Assembly: GCA_034505495.1 (NCBI GenBank)
Contig: JAPDQV010000010.1
Coordinates: 33,108-97,107 of the forward strand
DNA length: 64,000 bases
Reading direction: 5' to 3'
From: Candidatus Zhuqueibacterota bacterium
GTDB taxonomy: Bacteria; Zhuqueibacterota; Zhuqueibacteria; Residuimicrobiales; Krinioviventaceae
The notes under the pieces were generated by a model. The model was not told the DNA's origin and did no database searches. It saw only the letters and a list, made by a program, of their open reading frames with translations. Numbering within the stretch: position 1 is the first letter of the stretch; the number at the start of each line of letters is the position of its first letter. The translations under genes and the position numbers were made by a program. This document shows, piece after piece, positions 21,867 to 31,773 of the stretch.

Positions 21867-23444
21867 TTATTCACTGAATTCTTGTTTTCTTTTAGTTGCT
21901 TTTTTCAATGCCTCCATGCGCCCCATCGGCACGCGAATCGTGCCGTACCATTCCGGCGACGGAAGAATCGGCTTGACTTTAAAAGGAAGGTCCCGCCTCC
22001 TGCGGCCAAACAACAAATAACCAACGAAATGCAGTCCGGCAGCAAATGAGCGGCGGCCTTCGCGCGGCGATCGCACCGCCTGACGCAGTTTGTACCAAAG
22101 GTAACCGGGGCGAAAGTGGAAGCGGCGAAAGGCGCGCTCACAGAATCGTTCGATTTCTTCCGGCGGCAATCCCGGCAGATTGAGCACGCACCGATGGCCG
22201 CCTTCGGCCGTGAGCCATAGGTCAAAAGAATCGGTCGCCAGAAAGCCTTTTTCCTTGTAATAGGCATAAGCGCCGGTTCCGGGATAAGGCATTACCGGAT
22301 AAAACTGCGCGCTGTCCGGTTTTATCTTTATCGCCAGCTGCAGCGTTTTTTTCATCGTCTCACGGGTTTCTCCCGGAAACCCGACCATGAAGCAGCCGTG
22401 CACCAAAATTCCCAGTTTATGGGCGTTTTCGACGAACCGCTGCTGAATCGCGGTATTCTGTCCCTTGCGCATGTTGCGCAGAATCCGGTCATCGCCGGAT
22501 TCGAACCCTACCGCCGTGCTGTGCAGGCCCGCCTCTTTGAGCAGCCGCAGCGTCTCGAAATCGACGGTGGTGCGCAGATTGGCAAAAAAAGGCAGCCGAA
22601 CGCCTTTTTCCTTGACCAGCTGCGCAAAGCGTCGGGCAAACGGCGGATCTGCGGCAAAATTATCATCCTCGAAGGTGATCTCGCGAATTTCCGGCATGTT
22701 CTCCTGCACCCACAGCATTTCGCCGACGATGTTTTCCGGACTGCGGTGTCGATAACGATGACCGTGCATCACTTGGGGATAGACGCAATAGAAACACATG
22801 GCGGTGCAGCCGCGGCCTCCGATCAGCATCACCATAGGGTGATGGCTGAGATTGAAATAATAGTCATTAGGATTAAGAAAGCGTTTGTAGATCGGCGCGA
22901 TCCAAGGGAGATCGTCGAGATTTTCGATCAGCGGGCGCTCCGCATTTTTGCAGATTTCGCCGTTACGACGATAGGCGAGGCCCAAAACTCGGCTCGGCGA
23001 ACCGCCCTGCTCCAACAGTTGCGCCAGCTCCGCCACCGTAAGGTCGTACTCGCCGATGCAGACGTAATCGACGGCCGGGTGACGCTCCAGCGTCTCACGC
23101 CAGAGCGCCGTGACGTGGGTGCCGACCATGGCGACGGCCGATTCGGGAAGTATCGCCTTGAGCTCACCCGCGACGGCACAATCACTGTACCAACTGGCGG
23201 TTACGGACTCGAGGACAATCAAATCCGGTGCAAAGTCCAGCAGGCGACTGCGGATGTCGGCGAGAGTGCGGCGGCTTGCGGGACAGTCGATCAAATCGAT
23301 TTCATGGCCTCGCGATTCGGCAACCGCCGCGGCGGAAGCAAGCCAATAAGGGTAATACATAGTGCCGGACTTGATTACTCCCGGACTCCGCTGCGAACGG
23401 CTGAAACGCTCGAAATAAGGCGGATTAAGGAAGAGAATGCGCAT
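21867..23444 (-). CDS. Cobalamin (B12)-binding radical SAM enzyme (class B)
   Basis: N-terminal B12-binding Rossmann-like region (MRILFLNPPY...IDLIDC), radical SAM CxxxCxxC (GCTAMCFYCVYP), ~525 aa. Confidence 0.85.
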   Translation of the reverse strand: MRILFLNPPYFERFSRSQRSPGVIKSGTMYYPYWLASAAAVAESRGHEIDLIDCPASRRTLADIRSRLLDFAPDLIVLESVTASWYSDCAVAGELKAILPESAVAMVGTHVTALWRETLERHPAVDYVCIGEYDLTVAELAQLLEQGGSPSRVLGLAYRRNGEICKNAERPLIENLDDLPWIAPIYKRFLNPNDYYFNLSHHPMVMLIGGRGCTAMCFYCVYPQVMHGHRYRHRSPENIVGEMLWVQENMPEIREITFEDDNFAADPPFARRFAQLVKEKGVRLPFFANLRTTVDFETLRLLKEAGLHSTAVGFESGDDRILRNMRKGQNTAIQQRFVENAHKLGILVHGCFMVGFPGETRETMKKTLQLAIKIKPDSAQFYPVMPYPGTGAYAYYKEKGFLATDSFDLWLTAEGGHRCVLNLPGLPPEEIERFCERAFRRFHFRPGYLWYKLRQAVRSPREGRRSFAAGLHFVGYLLFGRRRRDLPFKVKPILPSPEWYGTIRVPMGRMEALKKATKRKQEFSE

Positions 23445-23449
23445 AATCT

Positions 23450-24649
23450 CTATAGAAATTTAACATCGGACAAAAACAAATCGCAGCAGCGGTAACAAAC
23501 GGGAAACAGGCCTCGGTGCTTTATCTCCTGCCGCCAACGACGGTATTTTTCGCCGTTCCAAATGTCCAAAAAGGACTGCTCGTGAATGTTGCCGCAAATA
23601 TAATCGGGAAAATCCGGACAAGGCGTCACGTCGCCGTTCGGCAGGATGTACGACTTGACATAGATCGACAGGCAGGTACGGTGACCAAAGGTTTCGTGTA
23701 TGTTCTCATAATAGGTCTCCACCTGATCCGTCTCGAGCGCCGGAGACAGCGAGACCGGCAAAGGCAGATCGGAGCTGTAAAGCTTTTCGAGCTCCTGACG
23801 AATCCCCTCGTACTTGCCGCGGCGCTCGGGATCGAAAATGACGCCGCTTTCGAAGGGCTGCCAGGACACTGCTTTGATGCCGAACAGCTGATGCATCAGG
23901 CGCTGATGCGCCGTGCCGGTCTCTTTGGTGGTAAACCAAGTCCAGTTAAAGTTGAGACTGTCGGCGCCAAGCTCGGCGGCGATTGCGGGCAGGAGCGATA
24001 CCGTTGCAAAGCTCTCGGGACTGATGGTGCCGCGAATCCGTATCAGCGGCTTGGACGCGTTCCGCGCTTTCTTTTCGGCAATGACAGCCGCCAATCCGGC
24101 CTTCACTTCAGCAAAGACGCCCTGTCTGCCGCGCACTCGATCGTGGATTTCTTCCGGTCCGTCAATCGAAACGATGAGATCGTCCAGACCGCTTTCCACG
24201 ATTTCTTTAGCGTGACGGCGCAGCAGCAGGCCGTTGGTGTTGATCTGCACCGTAAACCGGCGCGATTTTGCCGTCCGAACCAGGTCGAACAGCTGCGGAT
24301 ACAGGAACGGCTCGCCGCCCCAGAGATAGAGGTTGGGACGCGCCGGCGCCAGCTCGTCGAGGAGCCGTTCATAAACTTCAAGAGAGGTTCGCTGACGGAA
24401 AAACTCGGGCGGCGCATATTTGGGGTCGCCGGGAGCATGACCTTCGCGCGGCTGTCCGCACATGCGGCAGCGCAAATTGCAGGCATTGCTCAATCTAATG
24501 CAGACGGCATTGGGCGGCGCCGCGCTGCCGTTGCGGAAGTGATAATCCCATAATGCCCGCAGCCGAGTGCTCCAAGTCGTGCGCATCTTGTTGCGCGCCA
24601 ACTCGGGATTCTTGAGAGCCAGCCGTGCGAGCTTTACAATGGTGCGCAT
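23450..24649 (-). CDS. Radical SAM enzyme with a C-terminal SPASM/twitch Cys-rich domain
   Basis: CNLRCRMC radical SAM cluster motif; C-terminal CPDFPDYICGN...CYRCCD auxiliary-cluster cysteines. Only 5 nt downstream of the B12-rSAM gene start, so the two are co-transcribed. Confidence 0.8.
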   Translation of the reverse strand: MRTIVKLARLALKNPELARNKMRTTWSTRLRALWDYHFRNGSAAPPNAVCIRLSNACNLRCRMCGQPREGHAPGDPKYAPPEFFRQRTSLEVYERLLDELAPARPNLYLWGGEPFLYPQLFDLVRTAKSRRFTVQINTNGLLLRRHAKEIVESGLDDLIVSIDGPEEIHDRVRGRQGVFAEVKAGLAAVIAEKKARNASKPLIRIRGTISPESFATVSLLPAIAAELGADSLNFNWTWFTTKETGTAHQRLMHQLFGIKAVSWQPFESGVIFDPERRGKYEGIRQELEKLYSSDLPLPVSLSPALETDQVETYYENIHETFGHRTCLSIYVKSYILPNGDVTPCPDFPDYICGNIHEQSFLDIWNGEKYRRWRQEIKHRGLFPVCYRCCDLFLSDVKFL

Positions 24650-25050
24650 AATCCCTTTCCTGTCGTTGCGGCTTCAAGATAAGCAATTTGCCTATGAACG
24701 TCAACCGAACAAATCCGAGTTCGGCACTTTGTCCGCAAAATTTACCGCTTGTCCAATTCCACGACAGTTTAGCCTTGGGAACCGCCCCCCTCTCGCGCCT
24801 TTTATAAATTCGGATAAAATTCACTATAAATCATAGTCGGGGAGAGACAAGATAAGCTGCTATTTTACATTGATTAAGTCATACTTGAAACCTTTCGGCG
24901 GTTTGGCAAACGTTACAATCCGCCTTGTTCCTTTCCGGGGTGCCGGCACAAGAATTGACTCTTGTCGTTCGGGTTTGGGCGCTTGCCGTTCGGCGAATGG
25001 TATATCCAAAACAGGCATAAATCTCACACAACCGGAGCAAAGCATCGAAA

Positions 25051-25935
25051 TTGGCTACTGCACAGATTTCTTTAAAAGCCATCAAGCTCGAACTGCAAAG
25101 AACCTTGGGCGCCCCCTCCCGATTGTGGGCCTTTGCAGGCACCGTCCAGCGAGATAAAGGCCGCGCCATAGCACAAGCCTTTGCCGAGCTTTTGAAACGA
25201 CAGGGTAAGAGGGTCGAGTTGTTGTCGGCGGATCGTCTTTTCCGGACCTCTGGGTTGGAAAAGACCTCCGCCGCAGCCTCGGAGCCGTCGGTCATGCCTT
25301 CCTATTCGCTGCTGAAGGAAACGGACAAGATTCTGCAGCAGGCGCTCCTCGGCCATGACGAGGTAAACGAGGAGACCCGTTTCATTCTCGTCGACCTGCA
25401 GTCGCGCTGTTCGGCGGCAGCCGTCGATCTCTTTTTGACCGCCGACCTTCCCATCTACATCCTTCAGCCTTCCGAAGCGGCGATCCGCAGCGCCAGGATC
25501 TTTTTCACCTACTGCCTCGTCAAAGCGCTCGACACCTTTTTCGACGACAAGCACCCGCTGATGCGCGCCATACTCGTGCAGTTGCGTCAGGGTACGCCCT
25601 TTTCGCCCGCGGTTCTGCAGCGGATCAAGGCGCTCGAAAAACAGTTCCCGCAGCAGGGCAAATGGCTGGAATCCCTGCTGAAGAGTTTTTCTCCCCAGAT
25701 CATCCTCTGCGAAAGCGAACCGCACCAGCTGCGCGATTTTTCCGAACTATTCTTTGAACGATCGGTCGACATTTTCCCCCCTTCTTCCGGAATTTTAGGG
25801 GTAATTCATGAAAAAATGATGCAGACGACCGAGTGGTATACAGCGCCGAAACGGGCAGCGGAAAACGGCCCCTTGGAAGAGATCGAACGCATCATGCGCC
25901 GCAAGTTAAGCGCCGTCATGCAGTCCGGTACCTAA
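25051..25935 (+). CDS. Hypothetical protein, possibly a degenerate ParA/MinD-fold protein lacking an intact Walker A (TTG start in track)
   Basis: AFAGTVQRDKGRAIAQAFAELLKRQGKRVELLSAD resembles the ParA N-terminus (KGGVGKTT...LAxxGKRVLLVDLD) but the P-loop lysines are lost. FILVDLQS...PIYILQPSE resembles the Walker B region. The start codon is uncertain. Confidence 0.4.
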   Translation: MATAQISLKAIKLELQRTLGAPSRLWAFAGTVQRDKGRAIAQAFAELLKRQGKRVELLSADRLFRTSGLEKTSAAASEPSVMPSYSLLKETDKILQQALLGHDEVNEETRFILVDLQSRCSAAAVDLFLTADLPIYILQPSEAAIRSARIFFTYCLVKALDTFFDDKHPLMRAILVQLRQGTPFSPAVLQRIKALEKQFPQQGKWLESLLKSFSPQIILCESEPHQLRDFSELFFERSVDIFPPSSGILGVIHEKMMQTTEWYTAPKRAAENGPLEEIERIMRRKLSAVMQSGT

Positions 25936-26045
25936 TCCTTCCTGCAAAATCTCGCTTGCAAATTTGCTTATTTTCTTTATTTTTAATATGGTTGATACGT
26001 CGAAAATCAGCGCGGCGATCGACTAAACTCCTATGAGGTCATACC

Positions 26046-26513
26046 ATGGCAAACATTTTGGTTGTCGACGACGAACCGGATTTCCTCGAGCAGATGCCCG
26101 CCATCATGAGCCGATGGGGGCACAAAACCTTTACCGCAACCGACGGATTTCAAGCGCTCGAAATCTTTGAACGCGAGTCGATCGACCTGATCCTTTCCGA
26201 CGTACGCATGCCGAACATGGACGGCATTCAACTGCTGCATAAAATCCAGGACATCGATAAGCGGTGTCCGGTTATCTTGTTGACGGGTTATCCCGCTGAC
26301 GAAACGGCCATTCAAGCCATGCACAGCGGCGCCGAGGACTATTTGGTCAAACCGATCAATTATGACGAGCTGCGTATCCGCATCGAGAAGAGCCTGCAGC
26401 GCAAGGCGCACATGGATTCGATCCCGTTTCTGCGCGGCTTGAACTGGGCTTTGGCGCTTTCGATCCCGTTCTGGCTGATCATCGGTTTTCTTTTAGCCAA
26501 ACTTTTACGGTGA
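26046..26513 (+). CDS. CheY-like response-regulator receiver domain with C-terminal transmembrane anchor
   Basis: DDEPD acidic pocket, the phospho-acceptor Asp (LILSDVRMPNMDG), conserved T and K (LLTGY...KP). The last ~30 aa (LNWALALSIPFWLIIGFLLAKLL) are hydrophobic. No output domain. Confidence 0.75.
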   Translation: MANILVVDDEPDFLEQMPAIMSRWGHKTFTATDGFQALEIFERESIDLILSDVRMPNMDGIQLLHKIQDIDKRCPVILLTGYPADETAIQAMHSGAEDYLVKPINYDELRIRIEKSLQRKAHMDSIPFLRGLNWALALSIPFWLIIGFLLAKLLR

Positions 26514-26666
26514 GCAGAGTTCATCTTATCCATACTTCTCTTATCGCGATTAGCTAACATAGAACATGGCGCCAAGTGTTACGACAAAGGCTAAACATGA
26601 AAGATAACTCATACCGCTAAATGAAAACAAAAAGACAGACGCAGAACCAACTGACGGGAAATACGA

Positions 26667-27011
26667 TTGAGCGAAACGTTGCAACCAAGTGAAAAAGTCA
26701 TGGAACAATCCTCTAAAATCGATCATACCTTTTCCTCGCAAATCTCCTCCGCCGCTCTGGTCAGCGTGTTGATTCGCAAGGGCGTTGTGTCGGCAGCCGA
26801 ACTGCTGGAAGAAGAACGCCGCCTTCGCGCAGCAAATCGGTCGGAGCACGCACCGATCGAAGGTGAACACTCGCATCATCATTCTCGTTTGAAACGCTGG
26901 GCATCCAAACGGCGTTGGAGCCGACGTCTGACCCATTTCTTGTTCGGGTGGGAATTCAAGCGCGTCCGCGTCGAAAGTCACAAAAACAAAGAAACAGGCG
27001 ATCGCGATTAG
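26667..27011 (+). CDS. Hypothetical protein (His/Arg-rich C-terminus)
   Basis: 114-aa ORF with ATG start; predicted helical N-terminal half. Competes with an antisense ORF at 26550-26981; the coding strand is not resolved. Confidence 0.3.
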   Translation: MSETLQPSEKVMEQSSKIDHTFSSQISSAALVSVLIRKGVVSAAELLEEERRLRAANRSEHAPIEGEHSHHHSRLKRWASKRRWSRRLTHFLFGWEFKRVRVESHKNKETGDRD

Positions 27012-27104
27012 AAACCCGTCATTGCGCCGCGAACATCTGTTTGCTTCTCCCCTAAAAAACTTCTATATTATTCGATATACATCCATGAAAGCAAATGAGG
27101 TACC

Positions 27105-28439
27105 ATGACAGAACCGATCAAATTGAATCTCTCATTACTGGGACCCTTCGTTACGGAAGAGCGTCTTGAGGCGTTGCAGCCGAAATTGGCGCAAGTGCAC
27201 GCTTCATTATTGAACAAAACCTGTGCCGGCGCGGATTTTCTCGGCTGGCTCGACCTGCCGTGGAAGATGGAAAGCGAACTGGAACGCATCAAATCCCTGG
27301 CCCAAGAGATACGCAGCCGCGCCGATCATTTGGTCTGCATCGGCATCGGCGGCAGCTATTTGGGCACTCGCGCCGCCGTCGAATTTCTCTGCGATCCGTT
27401 TCTCGGCAATTCCTTTCTGCTCTACGCCGGACAAAATTTGAGCGCCGACGCGCACGCTTCGCTGATCGACTATATCTTGGATAAGCAGGTGTATCTCAAT
27501 GTGATATCGAAATCCGGCACAACCACCGAGCCGGCCATTGCGTTTCGCCTCATCAGCCAGGCATTGGCCAAAAAATATTCCGTAGACGAGCTGAAAAAGC
27601 GCATCATCACCACGACCGACAAACGACGCGGCGTGCTTCGAAAGCTGAGCGATCAGCAGGAATACCGCTCCTTTGTCATCGAAGACGACATCGGCGGCCG
27701 CTTTTCTGTGTTAAGTCCCGTGGGACTGTTGCCCATCGCTGCAGCGGGTTATGACGTTGAGGCCTTGCTTGCCGGTGCGCGCGACATGGCAACGCTCTGT
27801 CGAGCCTCGGCCGATGTTTCCAAAAACCCGGCCGCAGCCTATGCCGCCGCCCGCTATCTGCTGCATCAAGAAGGCAAAAAGGTCGAGGTGCTCTCGTTTT
27901 TTGAACCTTCTCTCTTTTTCCTCGGCGAGTGGTGGAAACAGCTGTTCGGCGAGAGCGAAGGCAAAGACCACACCGGTCTCTTTCCGGCAACGGCCAACCT
28001 GACGACCGATCTGCACTCCCTCGGCCAATATCTTCAGGAAGGCGAGCGAATACTCTTCGAGTCCTTTATGACCGTTTCAGCCCGCAGGACATTGACCATC
28101 CCGCATTTCGAGGACGACGGAGACGGCCTCAACTTTGTCGCCGGCAAATCGCTCGACGAGGTCAACGAACAGGCTTATCTGGGTACACGTTTTGCTCACG
28201 CCGAAGGCAACCTGCCGAACCTGACCATCTCTTTGGCCAGGCGCGATGAATACACCTTGGGAGCTTTGTTCTACTTTTTCGAATTTGCGGTCGCCATGAG
28301 CGGTCTCCTGCTCGGCGTCAATCCGTTCGATCAGCCCGGCGTCGAAGCCTACAAGAAAAACATGTTCGCCCTGTTGGGAAAACCGGGCTTTGAAGAACAA
28401 AAGAAACTGCTGCTGTCCAAGTTTTTCGGGGAAGCCTGA
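27105..28439 (+). CDS. pgi: Glucose-6-phosphate isomerase
   Basis: PGI signatures: SIS domains, GIGGSYLG, PVGLLPIAAAGYDV and the ERILFESF region; ~444 aa short-type PGI. Confidence 0.9.
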   Translation: MTEPIKLNLSLLGPFVTEERLEALQPKLAQVHASLLNKTCAGADFLGWLDLPWKMESELERIKSLAQEIRSRADHLVCIGIGGSYLGTRAAVEFLCDPFLGNSFLLYAGQNLSADAHASLIDYILDKQVYLNVISKSGTTTEPAIAFRLISQALAKKYSVDELKKRIITTTDKRRGVLRKLSDQQEYRSFVIEDDIGGRFSVLSPVGLLPIAAAGYDVEALLAGARDMATLCRASADVSKNPAAAYAAARYLLHQEGKKVEVLSFFEPSLFFLGEWWKQLFGESEGKDHTGLFPATANLTTDLHSLGQYLQEGERILFESFMTVSARRTLTIPHFEDDGDGLNFVAGKSLDEVNEQAYLGTRFAHAEGNLPNLTISLARRDEYTLGALFYFFEFAVAMSGLLLGVNPFDQPGVEAYKKNMFALLGKPGFEEQKKLLLSKFFGEA

Positions 28440-29074
28440 TGAATAAAGCAGATCAAGAAATATTGGTCGTCGATCGGGCGACCCTGTTTGCCGATTCTTA
28501 CTTTCAGGGCTTTTGCGACGCCGCATCGATGGATTATCGCCGCATCATCGACGATAATTACTTTTACCTGCGGCGCGGTGATGTCGAACCCAACCCGGCT
28601 TACAAACAGCCGATCCCCTATGTAATCATCGCTCAAAAAGAGAGCCGATTGATCTTTGCCTATCAGCGCTCCTCGACGAGCAGCTATTCGGAAAAGCGGC
28701 TGCGCGGCAAATGGTCTTGGGGCATCGGCGGGCACGTCGACAAGGACGAGTCGGTGACCGGCGACCCGATTTTGGCGGCGCTGCATCGAGAAATCAGCGA
28801 AGAAATCGATCTGGTCAATTATGAACCGCCCATCCTTCTCGGATACATAAACGATGATCAAACCGAAGTAGGACAGGTGCACTTTGGTCTGCTGTTTCTC
28901 GCTTTTACCGAGGCGCGTAAAATAAAGCCCAAGGATAAGGAAATGTCATGGGGGGGATTTATGTCTTATGATCAATTGGCGGAAATTTGCGCTCTGAGCG
29001 ACGGGAATGTCGAATCCTGGTCGGAAATCGCCCTCGAACCTCTACGTCGGGCTCTCGGATTCGATCAGGAATGA
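28439..29074 (+). CDS. Nudix-family hydrolase
   Basis: Nudix box GGHVDKDESVTGDPILAALHREISEEIDL (Gx5Ex7REUxEExGU). The start overlaps the pgi stop (ATGA). Confidence 0.7.
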   Translation: MNKADQEILVVDRATLFADSYFQGFCDAASMDYRRIIDDNYFYLRRGDVEPNPAYKQPIPYVIIAQKESRLIFAYQRSSTSSYSEKRLRGKWSWGIGGHVDKDESVTGDPILAALHREISEEIDLVNYEPPILLGYINDDQTEVGQVHFGLLFLAFTEARKIKPKDKEMSWGGFMSYDQLAEICALSDGNVESWSEIALEPLRRALGFDQE

Positions 29075-29134
29075 AAAGCTGCAAATTTTTCTTGTCTTTT
29101 TTTGCTCTTTTTGTTATTTTTCTATGCTGGAAAC

Positions 29135-29208
29135 GGCGGTGTAGCTCAGTCGGTAGAGCAGTGGAATCATAATCCATAGGTCGGGGGTTCAAGTCCCTCC
29201 GCCGCTAC
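29135..29208 (+). tRNA. tRNA with CAU anticodon (elongator tRNA-Met or lysidine-modified tRNA-Ile2)
   Basis: GGCGGTG acceptor, D-arm AGCTCAGTCGGTAGAGC, anticodon loop ATCATAA, T-arm GGTTCAAGTCC. 1:72 is a G-U pair and there are no three G-C pairs in the anticodon stem, so it is not an initiator. Confidence 0.8.
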
Positions 29209-29211
29209 AAA

Positions 29212-29248
29212 AGGCGATCGATCAGTAATGGGTCGATCGCCTTTTTTG
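29212..29248 (+). terminator. Rho-independent terminator after the tRNA
   Basis: 10-bp perfect stem AGGCGATCGA/TCGATCGCCT, 11-nt loop, followed by TTTTTT. Confidence 0.65.
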
Positions 29249-29333
29249 TTGACATGCCTGTTCTGAGGAAGCGCCGAGCGGCTTTTACCCCATCCCCTCG
29301 GCGCCGTTCCTGCCCTAACCAAAAGCCATTACT

Positions 29334-31754
29334 TTATTTGAGCAACACAATTTTTTGCGTTGCCACACCGGTTGACCCGCTCAGGCGAACGAGATAGACG
29401 GCCGAGGCAGCCGAGCGCCCGTATTCATCCCTTCCATCCCATACCAGACTGTACTCGCCGGCTTCGAATTCCCGTTCCTCCCACCGTTTCACTGATCTCC
29501 CTGTTTGATCAAAAATGTCAATCTGCGCCCTCGTCGGCCGCTCGAACCGGAAGCGCAAAGTCGTGTAGCCGTTGAAAGGGTTGGGATAGTTGGGCAAAAG
29601 ATCAAAGTCAACAGGAAACGCCGTTTCGCATTTCTCGACTCGGCTTGGATCAAAGCCGGAAATGTAATAGCCGCGGCCGCTCAAACCGACGACGATCTGA
29701 CTGCCGTCGTGCGGATTAAAAGCGATACAGTCGCCGCGCAGCATCGGCAACCCATTGTTCTGCCTTTGCCAGGTCTGCCCGCCGTCTTCGCTTAAATAGA
29801 CTCCGGTGGCGAAGCAGGCGTCATGGTAAGGATGGTCGTTGGTCACAAAAGCGATGATGTTCGAATCGGTCGGGTGCACGGAAGCGGCGGCAATGTAGGC
29901 GTCATTATGGATGCGCGTCCAAGCGCCGTCGCGGTAACGCCACAGGCCGCCGACTTGCCGCCATGAAGCCGCGTAGACTATGTTCTCATCTTGGGGGTCG
30001 ACGGTCAACCGCGTCGTCGGCTGCGGCCCTTTGATGGCGGCAAATTGAACGCCGTCGCGCGCCTCATACACGCCCCTGGAAGTCGCCAGGTACAAATGCA
30101 GAGGGTTGCTCGGCGCGCCGAGCACCTGCTGCACGGCCGCCTCCTGGAAGATAATTTTCCATTTATTCCCTGCATCCTCAGAAAAATAGAGCGCACCGCC
30201 GATCGCCGCCCAAACGCGCGATGAGTCGTTCGGCAACGCATAGATGCTCGTCGCCTTTTTGTTCTCGTATTGATTAGGTAATCCGACGGCAGAACCCATC
30301 ATCAGCTGCCATCTTTTGCCGCCGTCCAGTGTGCGACCGATGCCCTCGAAATTATACTGGCCGAGTGCGACGAACATCGTTTGCCTGCCCGCAAAGCAGA
30401 GTTCATTGCCGCCGCCCCAGTTACCGATCGGCGCCTTGGCTTTTTCCCAGGAAAACAGCCGGTTGGTGCTGTGCCAAAAATTGCCGGCATCCATTGCGGC
30501 AAAGGCGGCGTGGTTTGGATCAGTCGGGTGCCATTTAAAGTCCTTGCACACAAGCCCCGAAAATCCGCGGCCGCGCCAGAGCTTGCTTCCGGGAGGCTGA
30601 TAGGCGGTGGCATCGTCCCACTTGGCGCCGCCGTTCCGGGTGCGGAGAATGTATTCGGAACCGGCGCCGAGGATGAAATTCTCATCGTTCGGATCGACAG
30701 CTGCACATTCGATGCTCTTGCCCGCAGGATACGCGGTAGCAGCTGAACCTCCCGTGGCCTTCCAGGTCTCGCCTCCGTCCTTGCTGATGTAAGGCGTGTT
30801 GTCGGTCCAAGCCGTATTGCCGGTGAACATCACGTTGGGGTTGCTCCTGGAGATCACGACGATTTCATAACGCGCCGTTTGATTGGCGTCGCTGCTTTTA
30901 ACCTGCGAAAGGCCTTTATTTTTCGGCACCCAAGTTTGTCCGAAATCGGTCGTTTTATAGATCCCGCCGGGGGAGAAGGTCGATGCACCGGCCGTCTGAT
31001 AATTACCGAGCGCAACAAATGCCGTCGCCGGTTCGGTCGGATGCGGTTCGATCCAATTGATGTTTGTCGTCGGCAGACCGGCATTGGCTTCCTGCCAGGT
31101 TCTGCCGCCGTCGCGGCTGACGAAAACGCCGAGGCCGTCGACAGCGGCATAAAGGCTGTCCGAAGAACCGGCGGCAAAACCGGCGGCGAGAATGTTGCGG
31201 CTGCGCAAATTGGCGATCTGCCGCCACGTTTCGCCGCCGTCCGTGCTTTCCCAAACCGCGCCCCATTTGGGATTTCCGGGCGAGTTCCAGCGTCGGTGCG
31301 ACCCGCCGACTGCGATCAGCCGTTGCGGATTGTTAGGATCGAACAGAATTTTTTGGATGGGCGCCGAATACATACCGCCGTCAAACGCGCCCATGCCGCG
31401 GCGTTTGGAAACCCAGTTGCGGCCGCCGTCCGTGCTCTTGTACGGCCCGCTCATGGAACCGACCCAGACCTCATTGGGATCTTTCGGATGCCAGGTGAAA
31501 TCGGCCATTTCCCAGCTGTCGAAACCAAACGTCTCGCCCCACGAGTCACCGCGGTCGAGGCTCAAGCCCACCCCCAGCATGTCGCCGCCGACCAAAATGC
31601 GGTTCGAGTCGTGCGGGCTGACGATCAGGGAGACGATCCGGCCGCCGCTGCCGGGTTCTAAAAGGGGTTTCCAGTCAAATTCCAGAGCATAAAGCAGCGA
31701 GGCGGAGAGAAACAAGCCGCTCGACAGCACGGCAACAATAAAACGCTTTGTCAT
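29334..31754 (-). CDS. BNR/Asp-box repeat beta-propeller glycosidase (GH74-like, putative xyloglucanase) with T9SS C-terminal domain
   Basis: Nine SxDGGxTW-type Asp-box repeats (STDGGRNW, STDGGETW, SRDGGRTW, TTDFGQTW, SKDGGETW, ...) in ~720 aa imply two 7-bladed propellers as in GH74. Signal peptide MTKRFIVAVLSSGLFLSAS. The tail PNYPNPFNGYTTLRF...VYLVRLSGSTGVATQKIVLLK is Por_Secre_tail-like. Confidence 0.6.
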   Translation of the reverse strand: MTKRFIVAVLSSGLFLSASLLYALEFDWKPLLEPGSGGRIVSLIVSPHDSNRILVGGDMLGVGLSLDRGDSWGETFGFDSWEMADFTWHPKDPNEVWVGSMSGPYKSTDGGRNWVSKRRGMGAFDGGMYSAPIQKILFDPNNPQRLIAVGGSHRRWNSPGNPKWGAVWESTDGGETWRQIANLRSRNILAAGFAAGSSDSLYAAVDGLGVFVSRDGGRTWQEANAGLPTTNINWIEPHPTEPATAFVALGNYQTAGASTFSPGGIYKTTDFGQTWVPKNKGLSQVKSSDANQTARYEIVVISRSNPNVMFTGNTAWTDNTPYISKDGGETWKATGGSAATAYPAGKSIECAAVDPNDENFILGAGSEYILRTRNGGAKWDDATAYQPPGSKLWRGRGFSGLVCKDFKWHPTDPNHAAFAAMDAGNFWHSTNRLFSWEKAKAPIGNWGGGNELCFAGRQTMFVALGQYNFEGIGRTLDGGKRWQLMMGSAVGLPNQYENKKATSIYALPNDSSRVWAAIGGALYFSEDAGNKWKIIFQEAAVQQVLGAPSNPLHLYLATSRGVYEARDGVQFAAIKGPQPTTRLTVDPQDENIVYAASWRQVGGLWRYRDGAWTRIHNDAYIAAASVHPTDSNIIAFVTNDHPYHDACFATGVYLSEDGGQTWQRQNNGLPMLRGDCIAFNPHDGSQIVVGLSGRGYYISGFDPSRVEKCETAFPVDFDLLPNYPNPFNGYTTLRFRFERPTRAQIDIFDQTGRSVKRWEEREFEAGEYSLVWDGRDEYGRSAASAVYLVRLSGSTGVATQKIVLLK

Positions 31755-31773
31755 AAAGCTCCTCAATAAAAAC

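Noticed and set aside
24860-25045. 61-aa ORF as RiPP precursor for the radical SAM pair
   Set aside because: It is on the right strand and position, but its codons show low third-position GC, unlike all confident genes here. It has only two Cys, near the N-terminus, and a Lys/Pro-rich low-complexity tail. It is kept as a low-probability note inside the radical SAM finding rather than called as a gene.
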